Positions 47,820 through 58,186 of a stretch of DNA of 64,000 nucleotides are shown piece after piece (position 1 is the stretch's first letter; the number at the start of each line of letters is the position of its first letter). The notes below the pieces were generated by a model, which was not told the origin of the DNA, did not search any database, and saw only the letters and a program-made list of their open reading frames with translations. The stretch comes from Gemmatimonadales bacterium (GTDB lineage Bacteria; Gemmatimonadota; Gemmatimonadetes; Gemmatimonadales; GWC2-71-9), in the NCBI GenBank assembly GCA_039794085.1, contig JBDIWC010000020.1, forward strand, positions 1 through 64,000, written 5' to 3'. A program made the position numbers and the translations under genes.

Positions 47820-50800
47820 GATGATTCCATCGTGGGCGGATCAGGAATGGCGACCGGGTGGGGGCACCGGGTCACCGACAAGTGCACACAGTGATCGTTC
47901 AGGGGCGTCCGGTCCTCGGCCTCCGCCGGGTCAAGCACCGTATTGAAATGTAACTTTCGAACGAGGGCCTCGCGACACACCAGGGCCTGGTGCGTTCGGA
48001 CCGCATCGAGGACGGGAGCATCGGCCTCGATCGCGAGGTGGATGCGGGCATCGTAGTCGAAGGACGCCTCCTTCCGGAGACGCTGCACGCGGCTCAGCAC
48101 CTCGCGGGCGAGCCCCTCGGCGCGCAGATCCTCCGTCACCACGGGATCCACCGCCACCACATGTTCCCCGCTCGACTGGACCAGCCACTCCGTCGCGACT
48201 TCCCGCTCGATAACCACATCGCCCGGCTCGATCACCCACGGGGCCCCCTCCGACTCCGAGGGGAGCGAGAGAACCCCGCCGGACTCGAGCGTCCGCAGCG
48301 GCTCGCCAACCAGCGCGGCCACCCGCGCCGCGACGACGGGTGTTTCCCGGCCGAATCTCTTTCCCAGCGTCCGGAAATTGGGACGCGCCCGCAGCCGGAC
48401 CAGGTCGGTGTCGGTCTCGGCCACCTCCAGACGGCGCACGTTCACCTCCGTCCGCAGCAGTTCGAGCAATCCGTCGAAGGCCGGACCGCGCACCCGCGCC
48501 GGCACCGCAACGCGCATCGTGCCCAGGGGCTGGCGCACGGGGAGCCCCCCCGCTTCCCGGGCCGACCGGCCGAGGGAGGCCAACACCCGGATCGATGTCA
48601 TCGCCGCCCCGAGAGCGGGATCGGCCACCGGAGCCGGGGAGGGAAAATCCGCCCGGTGTACCGAGTGACCGACCAGGCTTCGGTGGATCCAATCGCTGAC
48701 GAAGGGACACACTGGAGCCAGGAGACGGGTCACCGTGACCAGGGCGGTATACAGTGTCGACACCGCCGCCGGATCGGCCTCGGCGTCCGGGGCCCAGAAC
48801 CGCGACCGATTGAGACGCACGTACCAGTTGGAGAGGTCATCCACGATGAACTCCCCGAGACGCTTGGCCCCGGCCGTCATGTCATACTGTTCCCAGGCCG
48901 AGGACACCTCTCGCACGCAGGCATCGAGCGCTCCCAGGAGCCAGCGGTCGATGGGCTGGCGGGTGACCTCCTCCGCTCCGGGCCGCCAATTCCCGGCGTA
49001 CAGCGCAAAGAACGTGTAGGTGTGGCGCAGCGTGTTCAGCACTCCCCCGGCAAACTCGGGAATCCCCCGTCGGTCGAACCGCTTGGGAAGCCAGACCTGG
49101 CTCGAGGTCAGCAGGTAGAGCCGCACCGCGTCCGCCCCATGCTGCCCCACCACCTCCCAGGGATCCACCACGTTGCCCCGGCTCTTCGACATCTTCTGCC
49201 CGTCCGCGTCCAGGATCAGCTCGTTGACGATCACGTTCCGGTACGGGCTGTCCTCGAAGGCGGCGGTGCCGATGGCCAGCAGCGAGTAGAACCACCCCCG
49301 GGTCTGGTCCACGCCCTCGCAGATGAAGTCGGCGGGGAAATGGCTGGTGAACTCCTCTCGATTCTCAAACGGATAGTGCCACTGGGCGTACGGCATGGCC
49401 CCGCTGTCGAACCAGGTGTCGATCACCTCCGGGGTTCGACGCCGGATCCCCCCACAGGGACAGTCCCAGGTGAAGGCATCGATCCCGGGGCGATGCGGAT
49501 CAAAATCGGGGGGGAGCGGACCCACCCGCGCGGCCAGGTCCGCATAGCTCCCCACGACGTCGACATGGTCCGGATTCCGGTCGCACACCCACACCGGGAG
49601 CGGCGTCCCCCAATACCGGTTGCGGCTCAGGGCCCAGTCCACATTGTTGGTGAGCCAATCCCCGAAACGCCGGGCACCCACCTCGGGAGGATGCCAGGAT
49701 ACCCCCCCGTTGAGCGCCAACATCCGGTCGCGCACGGCACTCGTCCGCACGAACCAGGAGTCCCGGGCCAGGTAGATCAGCTTGCTCCGGCACCGCCAGC
49801 AATGGGGATAGCTGTGCACCACCTGCTCGGTCGCCAGGTGCCGCCCTTCGGTCTTGAGACGGCGCAACAGGAGCTCCGTTGTGGCCTCGGCGGTGACGAG
49901 ACACCCCTCGAGCTCCGGCCAGAGGGTGCCGGTGAAGGTGCCGTCCGCGGCCACCGGACGGAGCATGGCGAGTCCGTGCTCCTGTCCCGCCGCGTGATCG
50001 TCGGCGCCGAAGGCCGGGGCCAGGTGCACCAGCCCGGATCCGTCCTCCGCCGTCACGAAGTCCGCCCCGATCACCTCCGAGTGCCGCCCCTCCGCCGGAA
50101 GCGGCACCACATCGAGCGGCCGGGTGTACCGCCGTCCCACCAGTTCCCGCCCCGGGACGCGCCCCACCAGGGGCGCCTCGGAGAGAGGCCGTCCTCCCAC
50201 CCGGATGGCGCCTGCCCGATCCACGGCCGCAACCAGGAGACGCTCCCCGTCCTCGCCACCCGCCACCCGGTAGATCCCGTACTCCAGCGTCGGATGCACC
50301 GCCACCGCGACGTTGGACGGCAGGGTCCAGGGAGTCGTGGTCCAGACCACCAGTTCCCATCCTTCCGCTCCCTCGACCGGCATCGTCACATAGACCGACT
50401 TGTCCCGCACCTCCTGGTACCCGAGCGCCAGCTCATGGCTCGACAGCACGGTTCCGCACCGGGGACAATACGGCAACACCCGATGCCCGCGGACCAGCAA
50501 TCCCCGCTCGTGCAATCGATGCAGCAGCCACCACACCGTCTCGATGTAGTCCGGGGTGCAGGTCACGTACGGGTGCTCATAGTCGAGCCAGTAGGCGATC
50601 CGGTTCGAGAGCGCCACCCATTCCGTCTGGTAGGTGAACACGCTCTCCCGGCAGAGGGCGTTGAACTCGGCGATGCCGAACGCTTCGATGTCCTTCTTGC
50701 CCGACAACGACAACCGCTTCTCCACCTCGATCTCGACCGGCAGTCCGTGCGTGTCCCACCCCGCGATCCGGGTGACCGACCGCCCCTGCATGGTCCGGAA

Positions 50801-51010
50801 ACGGCACACCGCATCCTTGATGGTGCGGGAAAACACGTGATGAATGCCCGGACGACCGTTGGCGGTGGGGGGGCCCTCGTAGAAGACAAACGGGGTGCCA
50901 CCTGCCCGATCCTCCCGGGTCCGGGCAAAGAGATCCTCCGCCGTCCACTGGTCAAGGAGATCCCGCTCGAACTGATCGGCGGACCCGTCCGGAAGCCGAG
51001 GCCAGGTCAT
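47816..51010 (-). CDS. ileS: Isoleucine--tRNA ligase, type 2
   Basis: EGPPTANG, GWDTHGLP, WTTTPWT, KMSKS; type-2 C-terminus without zinc finger. Confidence 0.97.
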   Translation of the reverse strand: MTWPRLPDGSADQFERDLLDQWTAEDLFARTREDRAGGTPFVFYEGPPTANGRPGIHHVFSRTIKDAVCRFRTMQGRSVTRIAGWDTHGLPVEIEVEKRLSLSGKKDIEAFGIAEFNALCRESVFTYQTEWVALSNRIAYWLDYEHPYVTCTPDYIETVWWLLHRLHERGLLVRGHRVLPYCPRCGTVLSSHELALGYQEVRDKSVYVTMPVEGAEGWELVVWTTTPWTLPSNVAVAVHPTLEYGIYRVAGGEDGERLLVAAVDRAGAIRVGGRPLSEAPLVGRVPGRELVGRRYTRPLDVVPLPAEGRHSEVIGADFVTAEDGSGLVHLAPAFGADDHAAGQEHGLAMLRPVAADGTFTGTLWPELEGCLVTAEATTELLLRRLKTEGRHLATEQVVHSYPHCWRCRSKLIYLARDSWFVRTSAVRDRMLALNGGVSWHPPEVGARRFGDWLTNNVDWALSRNRYWGTPLPVWVCDRNPDHVDVVGSYADLAARVGPLPPDFDPHRPGIDAFTWDCPCGGIRRRTPEVIDTWFDSGAMPYAQWHYPFENREEFTSHFPADFICEGVDQTRGWFYSLLAIGTAAFEDSPYRNVIVNELILDADGQKMSKSRGNVVDPWEVVGQHGADAVRLYLLTSSQVWLPKRFDRRGIPEFAGGVLNTLRHTYTFFALYAGNWRPGAEEVTRQPIDRWLLGALDACVREVSSAWEQYDMTAGAKRLGEFIVDDLSNWYVRLNRSRFWAPDAEADPAAVSTLYTALVTVTRLLAPVCPFVSDWIHRSLVGHSVHRADFPSPAPVADPALGAAMTSIRVLASLGRSAREAGGLPVRQPLGTMRVAVPARVRGPAFDGLLELLRTEVNVRRLEVAETDTDLVRLRARPNFRTLGKRFGRETPVVAARVAALVGEPLRTLESGGVLSLPSESEGAPWVIEPGDVVIEREVATEWLVQSSGEHVVAVDPVVTEDLRAEGLAREVLSRVQRLRKEASFDYDARIHLAIEADAPVLDAVRTHQALVCREALVRKLHFNTVLDPAEAEDRTPLNDHCVHLSVTRCPHPVAIPDPPTMESS

Positions 51011-51846
51011 GGATCCATCCCCTCCAGGATCCCGCGCAGGAGCGCCACCAGGTGAGGCTCCGCCGCGGCCGCCACTGCGATGATCTCCTCCAGCCCCACG
51101 GGAACGAGGGCGTCGGGAAGACACCGATCGGTGATCACCGATAGCCCGAGAACCCGCATCCCCTGTTGCCGCGCCGCAATCACCTCGGGCACGGTCGACA
51201 TGCCGACCGCATCGGCCCCCAGGGAACGGAGCATCCGGTACTCCGCCGCCGTCTCGAGGTTGGGGCCGGTCACGGCGGCATACACCCCCTCGTGGACCCG
51301 GCGCCCCACCCGGGTTGCCACCCGGCGCCCCAGGGCCCGGAGATCCGCGTCGTAGGCCTCGCTCAGGTCGGGAAACCGGGGTCCCAACGCTAGGGTGTGG
51401 GAACCGACCAGGGGAGATTCCATCATCAGATTCAGATGGTCGCTGATCAGCATCAGATCACCCGCATTCCACTCGGGACGCAACCCGCCGCACGCGTTGC
51501 TGACGATGAGGGTGGGGGCCCCCAGCGCCCCGACGACGCGAACCGGGAAGACCACCTCCGCCGGGTCGTGCCCCTCGTACCGGTGCCACCGGCCCTGGAG
51601 CGCCACGATCCGGCGACCCGCCCACTCCCCGAGGAGCATCTGTCCGGCGTGGCTCTCCACCGTACTGACCGGAAAACCGGGGATGGAGGCATACGGCATC
51701 GCGAACGACACCGCCATCTCCTCGGCCACGCCCCCCAGGCCGGTTCCCAGAATGAGGGCCACCTCCGGATCGAACCCGGTCTGGTCACGCACCCAGCTCA
51801 CTGCCTGGTCACGCCGTTCCAGCAGGGGCACGGAGACCTGGCTCAC
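51007..51846 (-). CDS. punA: Purine-nucleoside phosphorylase (trimeric PNP family)
   Basis: ILGTGLG, QGRWHRYEG, GPNLETAAE, VGMSTVPE. Confidence 0.92.
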   Translation of the reverse strand: MSQVSVPLLERRDQAVSWVRDQTGFDPEVALILGTGLGGVAEEMAVSFAMPYASIPGFPVSTVESHAGQMLLGEWAGRRIVALQGRWHRYEGHDPAEVVFPVRVVGALGAPTLIVSNACGGLRPEWNAGDLMLISDHLNLMMESPLVGSHTLALGPRFPDLSEAYDADLRALGRRVATRVGRRVHEGVYAAVTGPNLETAAEYRMLRSLGADAVGMSTVPEVIAARQQGMRVLGLSVITDRCLPDALVPVGLEEIIAVAAAAEPHLVALLRGILEGMDP

Positions 51847-52370
51847 GCGGGCTCCCCTCCGCCCGCTGGCTCGGCCACATCCCCATCGGCCTCCTGGGCT
51901 GCCTGGACCCCGTCCTCCAGACCTTCGAGTTCGGTGAGCTGCCGGTGCAGCAGAGCGCGAAAACCGGCCAGATAGGCGGAGAATTGCCGTCTTGCCCCCT
52001 CGGTACTCCGGCGCACCATGGCGGCCTCCTGCAGCGCCTTCTCCTGGATGGCCCGGGCCTCGGTCTCCGCCTCCCGCACCAGGATCTCCGCCTCTCGCCC
52101 CGCCTGGGCCTGAATGTCATCCCGAAGCTGCTGGGCCGCGATCAACGCGTCGTTCATGGCGCGCTCCCGGTCCCGGAACGCCCGCAGCTGCTCCACCATC
52201 CCCCGCAGTCGTTCCTCGAGCAGAACGCGCTCGCGGATCAGGCGCTCCACCTCGTCGGCCAGACGATCCTTGAAGCTCTCGACCTGCACCGGGTCGAACC
52301 CGCGCATGGTCCGCTGGAACTCCTGGGCGCGCACGTCATGAGGTGTCAGGTGAAAGGCATCGTCCGACAT
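51843..52370 (-). CDS. divIVA: DivIVA domain protein
   Basis: LTPHDVRAQEFQRTMRGFD N-terminal motif plus long coiled coil. Confidence 0.9.
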   Translation of the reverse strand: MSDDAFHLTPHDVRAQEFQRTMRGFDPVQVESFKDRLADEVERLIRERVLLEERLRGMVEQLRAFRDRERAMNDALIAAQQLRDDIQAQAGREAEILVREAETEARAIQEKALQEAAMVRRSTEGARRQFSAYLAGFRALLHRQLTELEGLEDGVQAAQEADGDVAEPAGGGEPA

Positions 52371-53062
52371 CAGATCCGGTCTCCAAACAGCAGGGTTCCC
52401 AAACGCACCAGAGTGGCGCCCTCCTCAACCGCGATGAGATAATCGCCCGACATCCCCATCGACAACTCGGGGAGGCTCGCTCCCTCCGCAACCAACGTGT
52501 CCCGCAGATCGCGCAGGAGCCGGAAGGCGCGACGCTGTTCCGTCGGATCCTCCGTGAACGGAGCCATTCCCATGAGGCCGGTCACGGTGATCCCGGGAGC
52601 GGCCTCGATGGCCCGCACCAGATCCGCAGCCTCCTCCGGACGACACCCGGAGCGACCGGCGGCCTGAGCGCAGTTGACCTCCACCAGCACCGCCTGTGAT
52701 GCCCCACCCGGCTCAGCCCCCATCCGCCGGGAAATCTCCTCCACCAGTTCCCTCCGATCCACGGAGTGGATCAGGGCAAACCGGCCGAGAGCTTTCCGCA
52801 CCTTGTTGCGCTGCAGGTGGCCTATCAGGTGCCATTCGACCCCGACATCCCCCAGCTCGTCCTGCTTGGCTACGGCCTCCTGAACCCGGTTTTCCCCCAC
52901 GGCTCCAATCCCGGCATCCCGGGCGGCGAGCACCGCCTCCGGCCCGTGGGTCTTGGTGACGGCCACGATCCGTACCGGGTGGCGCCATCCTCCCTTCTCC
53001 TGGTGCCGGACAATCCGCTCGCGAATTCCCCGCACCCGTACTCCAAAATCCTCGTAGGCCAT
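52370..53062 (-). CDS. yggS: PLP homeostasis protein (YggS/PLPBP)
   Basis: VAVTK, GENRVQE, WHLIGHLQRNK, LSMGMSGD. Confidence 0.95.
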   Translation of the reverse strand: MAYEDFGVRVRGIRERIVRHQEKGGWRHPVRIVAVTKTHGPEAVLAARDAGIGAVGENRVQEAVAKQDELGDVGVEWHLIGHLQRNKVRKALGRFALIHSVDRRELVEEISRRMGAEPGGASQAVLVEVNCAQAAGRSGCRPEEAADLVRAIEAAPGITVTGLMGMAPFTEDPTEQRRAFRLLRDLRDTLVAEGASLPELSMGMSGDYLIAVEEGATLVRLGTLLFGDRI

Positions 53063-53070
53063 AACCCTCA

Positions 53071-53100
53071 AATCTAGACGGGATGACCACTTTCGGACAA
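53071..53100 (-). promoter_or_regulatory. Putative promoter for yggS, near-leaderless
   Basis: TTGTCC-N18-TAGATT, 8 nt before ATG. Confidence 0.45.
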
Positions 53101-53167
53101 TGAACAATGACCAATGAACATTGATCATTGATCATTGATCATTGATCCTTGACCATTGATCATTGAC
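53098..53167. repeat. Self-complementary heptamer array, 10 units (CAATGAM x3 then CATTGAY-type x7)
   Basis: Read directly; overlaps the folP 3' end. Confidence 0.9.
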
Positions 53168-54312
53168 CTTGCCACCTCGACGGCATCCCGCGCCGCCGCC
53201 ACATCGTGCACCCGGAAGAGGCGCGCTCCCCGTTCCCACGCCAGGGCGCACGCGGCCGCCGTGGCCCGGTCCCGGTCCTGGACCTCTCGTCCCGTGGCGA
53301 CTCCCAGAAACCGCTTGCGCGAGACACCCACGCAGAGGGGATGGCCCAGGCCCCTCAGGGACCCGAGATCCCGCAACAGGGTGAGGCTCTGACCGGGGGT
53401 CTTCGCAAAACCGAACCCGGGATCCACCGCGATCCTTTCCCCCGGAACACCGGCGTCGCGAAACCGGTTCACCCCCTCGTGGAGCTCGCTCACCACCTCC
53501 GCCGTGACATGGGAATACCGGGCATGGTCATACCCCGCCATCGTGGCGATCGAACCCCGGGAGTGCATCACGATCACACCGGCGGCTCTCTCAGCAACCA
53601 AGGGCGCCATCCCGCAGTCGAGGCGGCCCCCGCTCACGTCATTGATCACGTCGGCTCCCTCATCGAAGGCGGCCGCCGCCACCCGGGCGGAGACCGTATC
53701 CACCGAGAGGGGGAGATTCGGCCAGCGGCGCCGGAGGGCTCGCACCGCCGGGAGGACCCGGGCGCACTCCTCGGCGGACTCGATCGCCACCGCCCCCGGG
53801 CGCGTGCTCTGGCCGCCGATGTCAAGGAGGGTGGCCCCCGACTCCACCAGCGCCGCCGCCTTCCGTTCGGCATCCGCAAGGGTCACAGCTTCCCCGCCGT
53901 CACTGAAGCTGTCGGGGGTCACGTTGAGGATTCCGATCCAGATCGGTGAGTCGAGCGCGAGGTTGGTTCGCCCCGCCTGCCATGCCGGAGGAGAGTCCGC
54001 CGGAAGCGCGGTGGCCGCGGCAACGGCAAACTCCGCCAGGTCCTCCGGGAGCGACCAGGGCCGGGCGAACATGGCGAGTCGGCTGCGGGCCCCGAGCAGC
54101 ACCACCCACTCCTCGCCGGTCACGACCTCCAGGCCGAGTCGGCCGGCCACCTGGACCAGGGCGGGAAAGATCTCGGGTGACACTCCGGTGGCGTGGAGGG
54201 CGATGGTCTCCGCTCCCCCGGCGGCCTCCCGTGCACGAACGCCCTCCCATCCGTGAGACAGGAGAGCGTGTGTTATCGAGGAGGCTGCGGTGTCGAGAAG
54301 GGCGACCTTCAC
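53125..54312 (-). CDS. folP: Dihydropteroate synthase with N-terminal extension
   Basis: [46 protein letters not shown] overlap with ftsH. Confidence 0.95.
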   Translation of the reverse strand: MKVALLDTAASSITHALLSHGWEGVRAREAAGGAETIALHATGVSPEIFPALVQVAGRLGLEVVTGEEWVVLLGARSRLAMFARPWSLPEDLAEFAVAAATALPADSPPAWQAGRTNLALDSPIWIGILNVTPDSFSDGGEAVTLADAERKAAALVESGATLLDIGGQSTRPGAVAIESAEECARVLPAVRALRRRWPNLPLSVDTVSARVAAAAFDEGADVINDVSGGRLDCGMAPLVAERAAGVIVMHSRGSIATMAGYDHARYSHVTAEVVSELHEGVNRFRDAGVPGERIAVDPGFGFAKTPGQSLTLLRDLGSLRGLGHPLCVGVSRKRFLGVATGREVQDRDRATAAACALAWERGARLFRVHDVAAARDAVEVARSMINGQGSMINDQ

Positions 54313-56288
54313 GCGCCCGCGGGTTCTGCGGGAGGCGCTCCGAGAAGGGGAGCGCGGGCCGGTGCCTTGGCGTCGGCCGTGGGCTTCCACGGCGGGAGCG
54401 GTTCGGGCGGGAGGGGGCGCGGCGGCAACGTCTCGTTCCGAACCAGGAGGTCGAGGTCGTCGCGGTCGATCGTCTCCCGTTCCAGCAGCGCCTGGGCAAT
54501 CCGTTCCAGCAGATCCCGATGTTCGGTGATCAGGGCGCGTGCCTCGGCATAGGCCTCGTCGAGGAGACGCTTGACCTCGCCATCCACCATCTGTGCCGTC
54601 TGTTCGGACACTTCGCGGCGATGACCGAACTCCCGCCCCAGGAAGATCTCCTGCTCCCGGTCCCCGATGGCCATCGCCCCCACCTTGTCGCTCATGCCGA
54701 ACTGGGTCACCATCCGCCGGGCCAGCGCGGTGGCGCGCTCGATGTCATTGCCCGCGCCGGTGGTCACCTTCTCCGGTCCGAAGACGATCTCCTCCGCCAC
54801 CCGTCCCCCATAGAACATCGCCAGACTCCCGATCAGCCACTCCTTGGTGTAGTTGTGGCGATCCACCTCGGGAAGGGACGCGGTGAGCCCCAGGGCCCGT
54901 CCCCGCGGGATGATCGTCACCTTGTGCACCGGATCCGATCCCGCGGTCTTGAGGGCCACCACGGCGTGTCCCGCCTCGTGATAAGCGGTCAGGCGTCGCT
55001 CATCATCGGTGAGCAGGAGACTGCGGCGTTCCACGCCCAGCATCACCTTGTCCTTGGCATCCTCGAAGTCCTGCATGTCCACCAGCGACTTGTTGCGCCG
55101 GGCGGCGAGAACGGCGGCCTCGTTGACCAGGTTCGCCAGATCGGCGCCGGCCAGGCCCGGAGTGCCCTTGGCGATGGTGCCGAGCACCACGTCGGACGCC
55201 AAGGGAATCTTCCGGGTATGCACCCGCAGAATCCCTTCCCGCCCGCGCACATCGGGCGTGTCCACCACGACCTGGCGGTCGAACCGTCCCGGCCGGAGGA
55301 GGGCGGGGTCGAGCACATCGGGCCGGTTCGTGGCCGCGAGCAGGATCACTCCGTCGTTCGACTCGAAACCGTCCATCTCGACCAGGAGCTGGTTCAAGGT
55401 CTGTTCCCGCTCGTCGTGCCCTCCGCCCAGCCCCGCGCCCCGGTGCCGGCCCACCGCATCGATCTCGTCGATGAAGATGATGCAGGGGGCGTGGGCCTTT
55501 CCCTGTTCGAAGAGATCGCGCACCCGGCTCGCCCCGACGCCCACGAACATTTCGACGAAGTCGGATCCCGACATCGAGAAGAACGGCCGACCCGCCTCAC
55601 CGGCCACGGCCCGCGCCAGCAGAGTCTTGCCGGTGCCGGGAGGTCCGACCAGCAGCACGCCCTTCGGAAGACGCCCCCCGAGCCGGGTGAACTTCTGCGG
55701 ATCCTTGAGGAACTCAATGACCTCCTGGAGTTCCACCTTCGCCTCGTCGGCCCCGGCCACGTCGGCAAAGGTCACCTTCGGCGTGTCACCGGTCAGCAGC
55801 TTGGCCTTCGACTTGCCGAAGCTGAAGGCCCGGTTTCCCCCGGCCTGAAGCTGGCGGAACAGCAGCAGCCAGATCCCGAGGATGATGACCCAGGGAAGGG
55901 CGCTCATGAGGATCACCAGGAACCCGCTCTTCTGCTCTTTGGCCGAGATGCTCGCCCCGGAGGCCTTGATCTGCGCCAGCAACTCTTCGCTGTCGGCGAT
56001 CGGCAACAGGACGGTGAAGTTCTGGAGCGACTGATTCTGCCGGGTCACCGGGGTCCGGAACTCCCCCTTCACGTTCTTGCCGTCGAAGATCTCGACGCTG
56101 GCCACATTGCCGCTCTGGAGCTGGGCCTCGAACTCCGTGAAGGAGAGCTCCTGAGTCGACGTCCGATCATTCCCCATCATGCGGAAGACGACCATCGCGA
56201 TCAGGGCCACCAGCACCCAGAGCGCGAGGTTCTTGCTGCGGCCGGACCAGCCGCCAGTCGGGGGAGTCGGGGGGGGACGTTGTGCCAT
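54309..56288 (-). CDS. ftsH: ATP-dependent zinc metalloprotease FtsH
   Basis: Two TMs, [22 protein letters not shown]. Confidence 0.98.
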   Translation of the reverse strand: MAQRPPPTPPTGGWSGRSKNLALWVLVALIAMVVFRMMGNDRTSTQELSFTEFEAQLQSGNVASVEIFDGKNVKGEFRTPVTRQNQSLQNFTVLLPIADSEELLAQIKASGASISAKEQKSGFLVILMSALPWVIILGIWLLLFRQLQAGGNRAFSFGKSKAKLLTGDTPKVTFADVAGADEAKVELQEVIEFLKDPQKFTRLGGRLPKGVLLVGPPGTGKTLLARAVAGEAGRPFFSMSGSDFVEMFVGVGASRVRDLFEQGKAHAPCIIFIDEIDAVGRHRGAGLGGGHDEREQTLNQLLVEMDGFESNDGVILLAATNRPDVLDPALLRPGRFDRQVVVDTPDVRGREGILRVHTRKIPLASDVVLGTIAKGTPGLAGADLANLVNEAAVLAARRNKSLVDMQDFEDAKDKVMLGVERRSLLLTDDERRLTAYHEAGHAVVALKTAGSDPVHKVTIIPRGRALGLTASLPEVDRHNYTKEWLIGSLAMFYGGRVAEEIVFGPEKVTTGAGNDIERATALARRMVTQFGMSDKVGAMAIGDREQEIFLGREFGHRREVSEQTAQMVDGEVKRLLDEAYAEARALITEHRDLLERIAQALLERETIDRDDLDLLVRNETLPPRPLPPEPLPPWKPTADAKAPARAPLLGAPPAEPAGA

Positions 56289-56843
56289 CTAATCCAGATC
56301 CGCAATGAAGGGAAGATGCCGATAATTCTCGGCATGGTCGAGTCCGTACCCGACCAGAAATGCCGAGGGGGCGTCGAAGCCCACGAACCGGATCGCCGGC
56401 GGCGGCTCCGGAATCAGGCGCTTGTGGAGCAGGGCGCACACCGCCAGGCTCCGCGGCGACCGGCTGGCCAGGAGACCCAGCAGATGCCGGAGCGTGTTTC
56501 CGGTGTCGATGATGTCCTCCACCACCAGAATGTGCTTCCCTTCCAACCGGGTTTCGGGGTCGTAGACCAGCCGGACCTCCCCGCTCGACACGGTGTTGGA
56601 TCCGTAGCTGCTCGCCACCAGAAAATCGATCTGCAGCGGTCGACGAATCTGACGCACCAGGTCGCCCAGGAAGATGAAGCTCCCCTTGAGGAGACCGAGC
56701 ACGAGCAGATCCCCATCCGGGTAGACCGTGGTGATCTCGTCTCCCAGTTCCCGCACCCGGCGAGCAATGGTTTCTTCGTCGTAGACGATCGAACCGACAC
56801 TGCGACCTCCGGTTCGCTGCAAGACCTCAGGCGATGCCAACAT
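56289..56843 (-). CDS. hpt: Hypoxanthine phosphoribosyltransferase
   Basis: LLKGSFIF, VVEDIIDTGNT, VGYGLD; tilS-hpt-ftsH synteny. Confidence 0.96.
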   Translation of the reverse strand: MLASPEVLQRTGGRSVGSIVYDEETIARRVRELGDEITTVYPDGDLLVLGLLKGSFIFLGDLVRQIRRPLQIDFLVASSYGSNTVSSGEVRLVYDPETRLEGKHILVVEDIIDTGNTLRHLLGLLASRSPRSLAVCALLHKRLIPEPPPAIRFVGFDAPSAFLVGYGLDHAENYRHLPFIADLD

Positions 56844-58179
56844 CAATCCGCCAAGCCTCCGTTCCGGGAGCGGGACACGATACATCACTGCGACACACAC
56901 CAGCCAGCCACACCACCCGGCCTGCGGCATCCACGACCAGGGGCCAGTCCTCCCGGTCGTGGAGTGGAACCCGGGCCTCCTGCAGGCACCGCACCACCCG
57001 TTTCCGCCCCGTCATACCGAGGGGACGAATGCGGTCGCCCGGAGCCCACACCCGCACCTGCAACGACTCGGAGGGGGTCACCCATGTGGTGGGCCCGTCC
57101 CGCAGCAGAACGGTGGGCGCCGTGTCCGGGGTGCAACGGAGAGTCCGCCGCCCATGAACCACCGTTCCGGGAGCCAGTGTCACGGGACCGCCCCCACCCT
57201 CCCCCTCCCCGATGTCCGCCGGACAACGGATCCAGAGGCGGCCGAAGTCGAGCGCCCCGCTCCATCCTCCCCCCAGATCCACCCGGCGTCCGCTCTGTCC
57301 CCGGTGCGCCAGGGCCAGGACCGTCCGGGCACGCCTCAGTCCAATCGGTCGCCGGACGCGGCTTCCCAGCGCCTGAATGACGCCGAGGGCCAGAGAGGAA
57401 TCATAGCCCCTCAGCGCCTTCACAGCAACGGAAATGTTCCTTCCCTCCTCACTCAGACACAGGCCGGGGAGCAGTTTCAGGACCTCCTGCCATGCCGCGC
57501 GGTCCACGGACGCGGCGGCCTGGACCCGGAGCAGGTTCTGATCCACCCGCGGAATCCGGCGGCGAACCCCGGGGAGAACCTCGTGGCGGATCCAGGATCG
57601 GACATGTTCGGGAGACCGGTTGGCCGGGTCGTCCCACGGCTCCTCACCCGAGGCGGCCACCAGGTCCGCCAGTTCGGCCGGGGTCCAGCCCAGCAGAGGC
57701 CGGATCAACCGGCCCCGCCGGGGGGAGATTCCCGCGAGGCCGGCCAGCCCCGACCCGGCCAGAAATCGCATCAGGACAGTTTCGGCCTGATCCCCCGCGT
57801 GGTGGGCCGTGAGGAGGAGCGCGGATCCGGGAGGATCGGTCAGGGCATCCGCCACCCTCCAGAGCCAGGCATACCGGGCCCGTCGAGCCTCGGTCTCGGT
57901 CGTGCCCGCACCCAGGCCCAGACGGCCGACCCGCAGCGGGATCTGGTGACGGGAGGCCGTGGCCCGCACCCGATCCGCGACCTGGCCGCTCTCGGGGGAG
58001 ATCCCATGATCCACATGTCCCACGGTCAGTTCCCACCGGTGGCGATCGCGGGTTCCGGCCAGCAATTCGAGCAGGGCGAGCGAATCGGGCCCGCCCGAGA
58101 CCGCCACCAGGGCCACGTGGGACCCCGGCGCCAGGGACCCCAGGTCACGGAGAAAACGATCCGCCGGGGACTCGGGCAT
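56827..58179 (-). CDS. tilS: tRNA(Ile)-lysidine synthetase
   Basis: AVSGGPDS PP-loop, AHHAGDQAET, IRPLL, TilS C-terminal domain. Confidence 0.95.
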   Translation of the reverse strand: MPESPADRFLRDLGSLAPGSHVALVAVSGGPDSLALLELLAGTRDRHRWELTVGHVDHGISPESGQVADRVRATASRHQIPLRVGRLGLGAGTTETEARRARYAWLWRVADALTDPPGSALLLTAHHAGDQAETVLMRFLAGSGLAGLAGISPRRGRLIRPLLGWTPAELADLVAASGEEPWDDPANRSPEHVRSWIRHEVLPGVRRRIPRVDQNLLRVQAAASVDRAAWQEVLKLLPGLCLSEEGRNISVAVKALRGYDSSLALGVIQALGSRVRRPIGLRRARTVLALAHRGQSGRRVDLGGGWSGALDFGRLWIRCPADIGEGEGGGGPVTLAPGTVVHGRRTLRCTPDTAPTVLLRDGPTTWVTPSESLQVRVWAPGDRIRPLGMTGRKRVVRCLQEARVPLHDREDWPLVVDAAGRVVWLAGVCRSDVSCPAPGTEAWRIDVGIA

Positions 58180-58186
58180 CGCCGCC

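Noticed and set aside
47990..51055. 1021-aa plus-strand ORF, and similar long ones such as 19448-22252, 53946-57380 and 58202-60808
   Set aside because: Antisense shadows of well-supported genes; expected in high-GC DNA; no recognisable motifs
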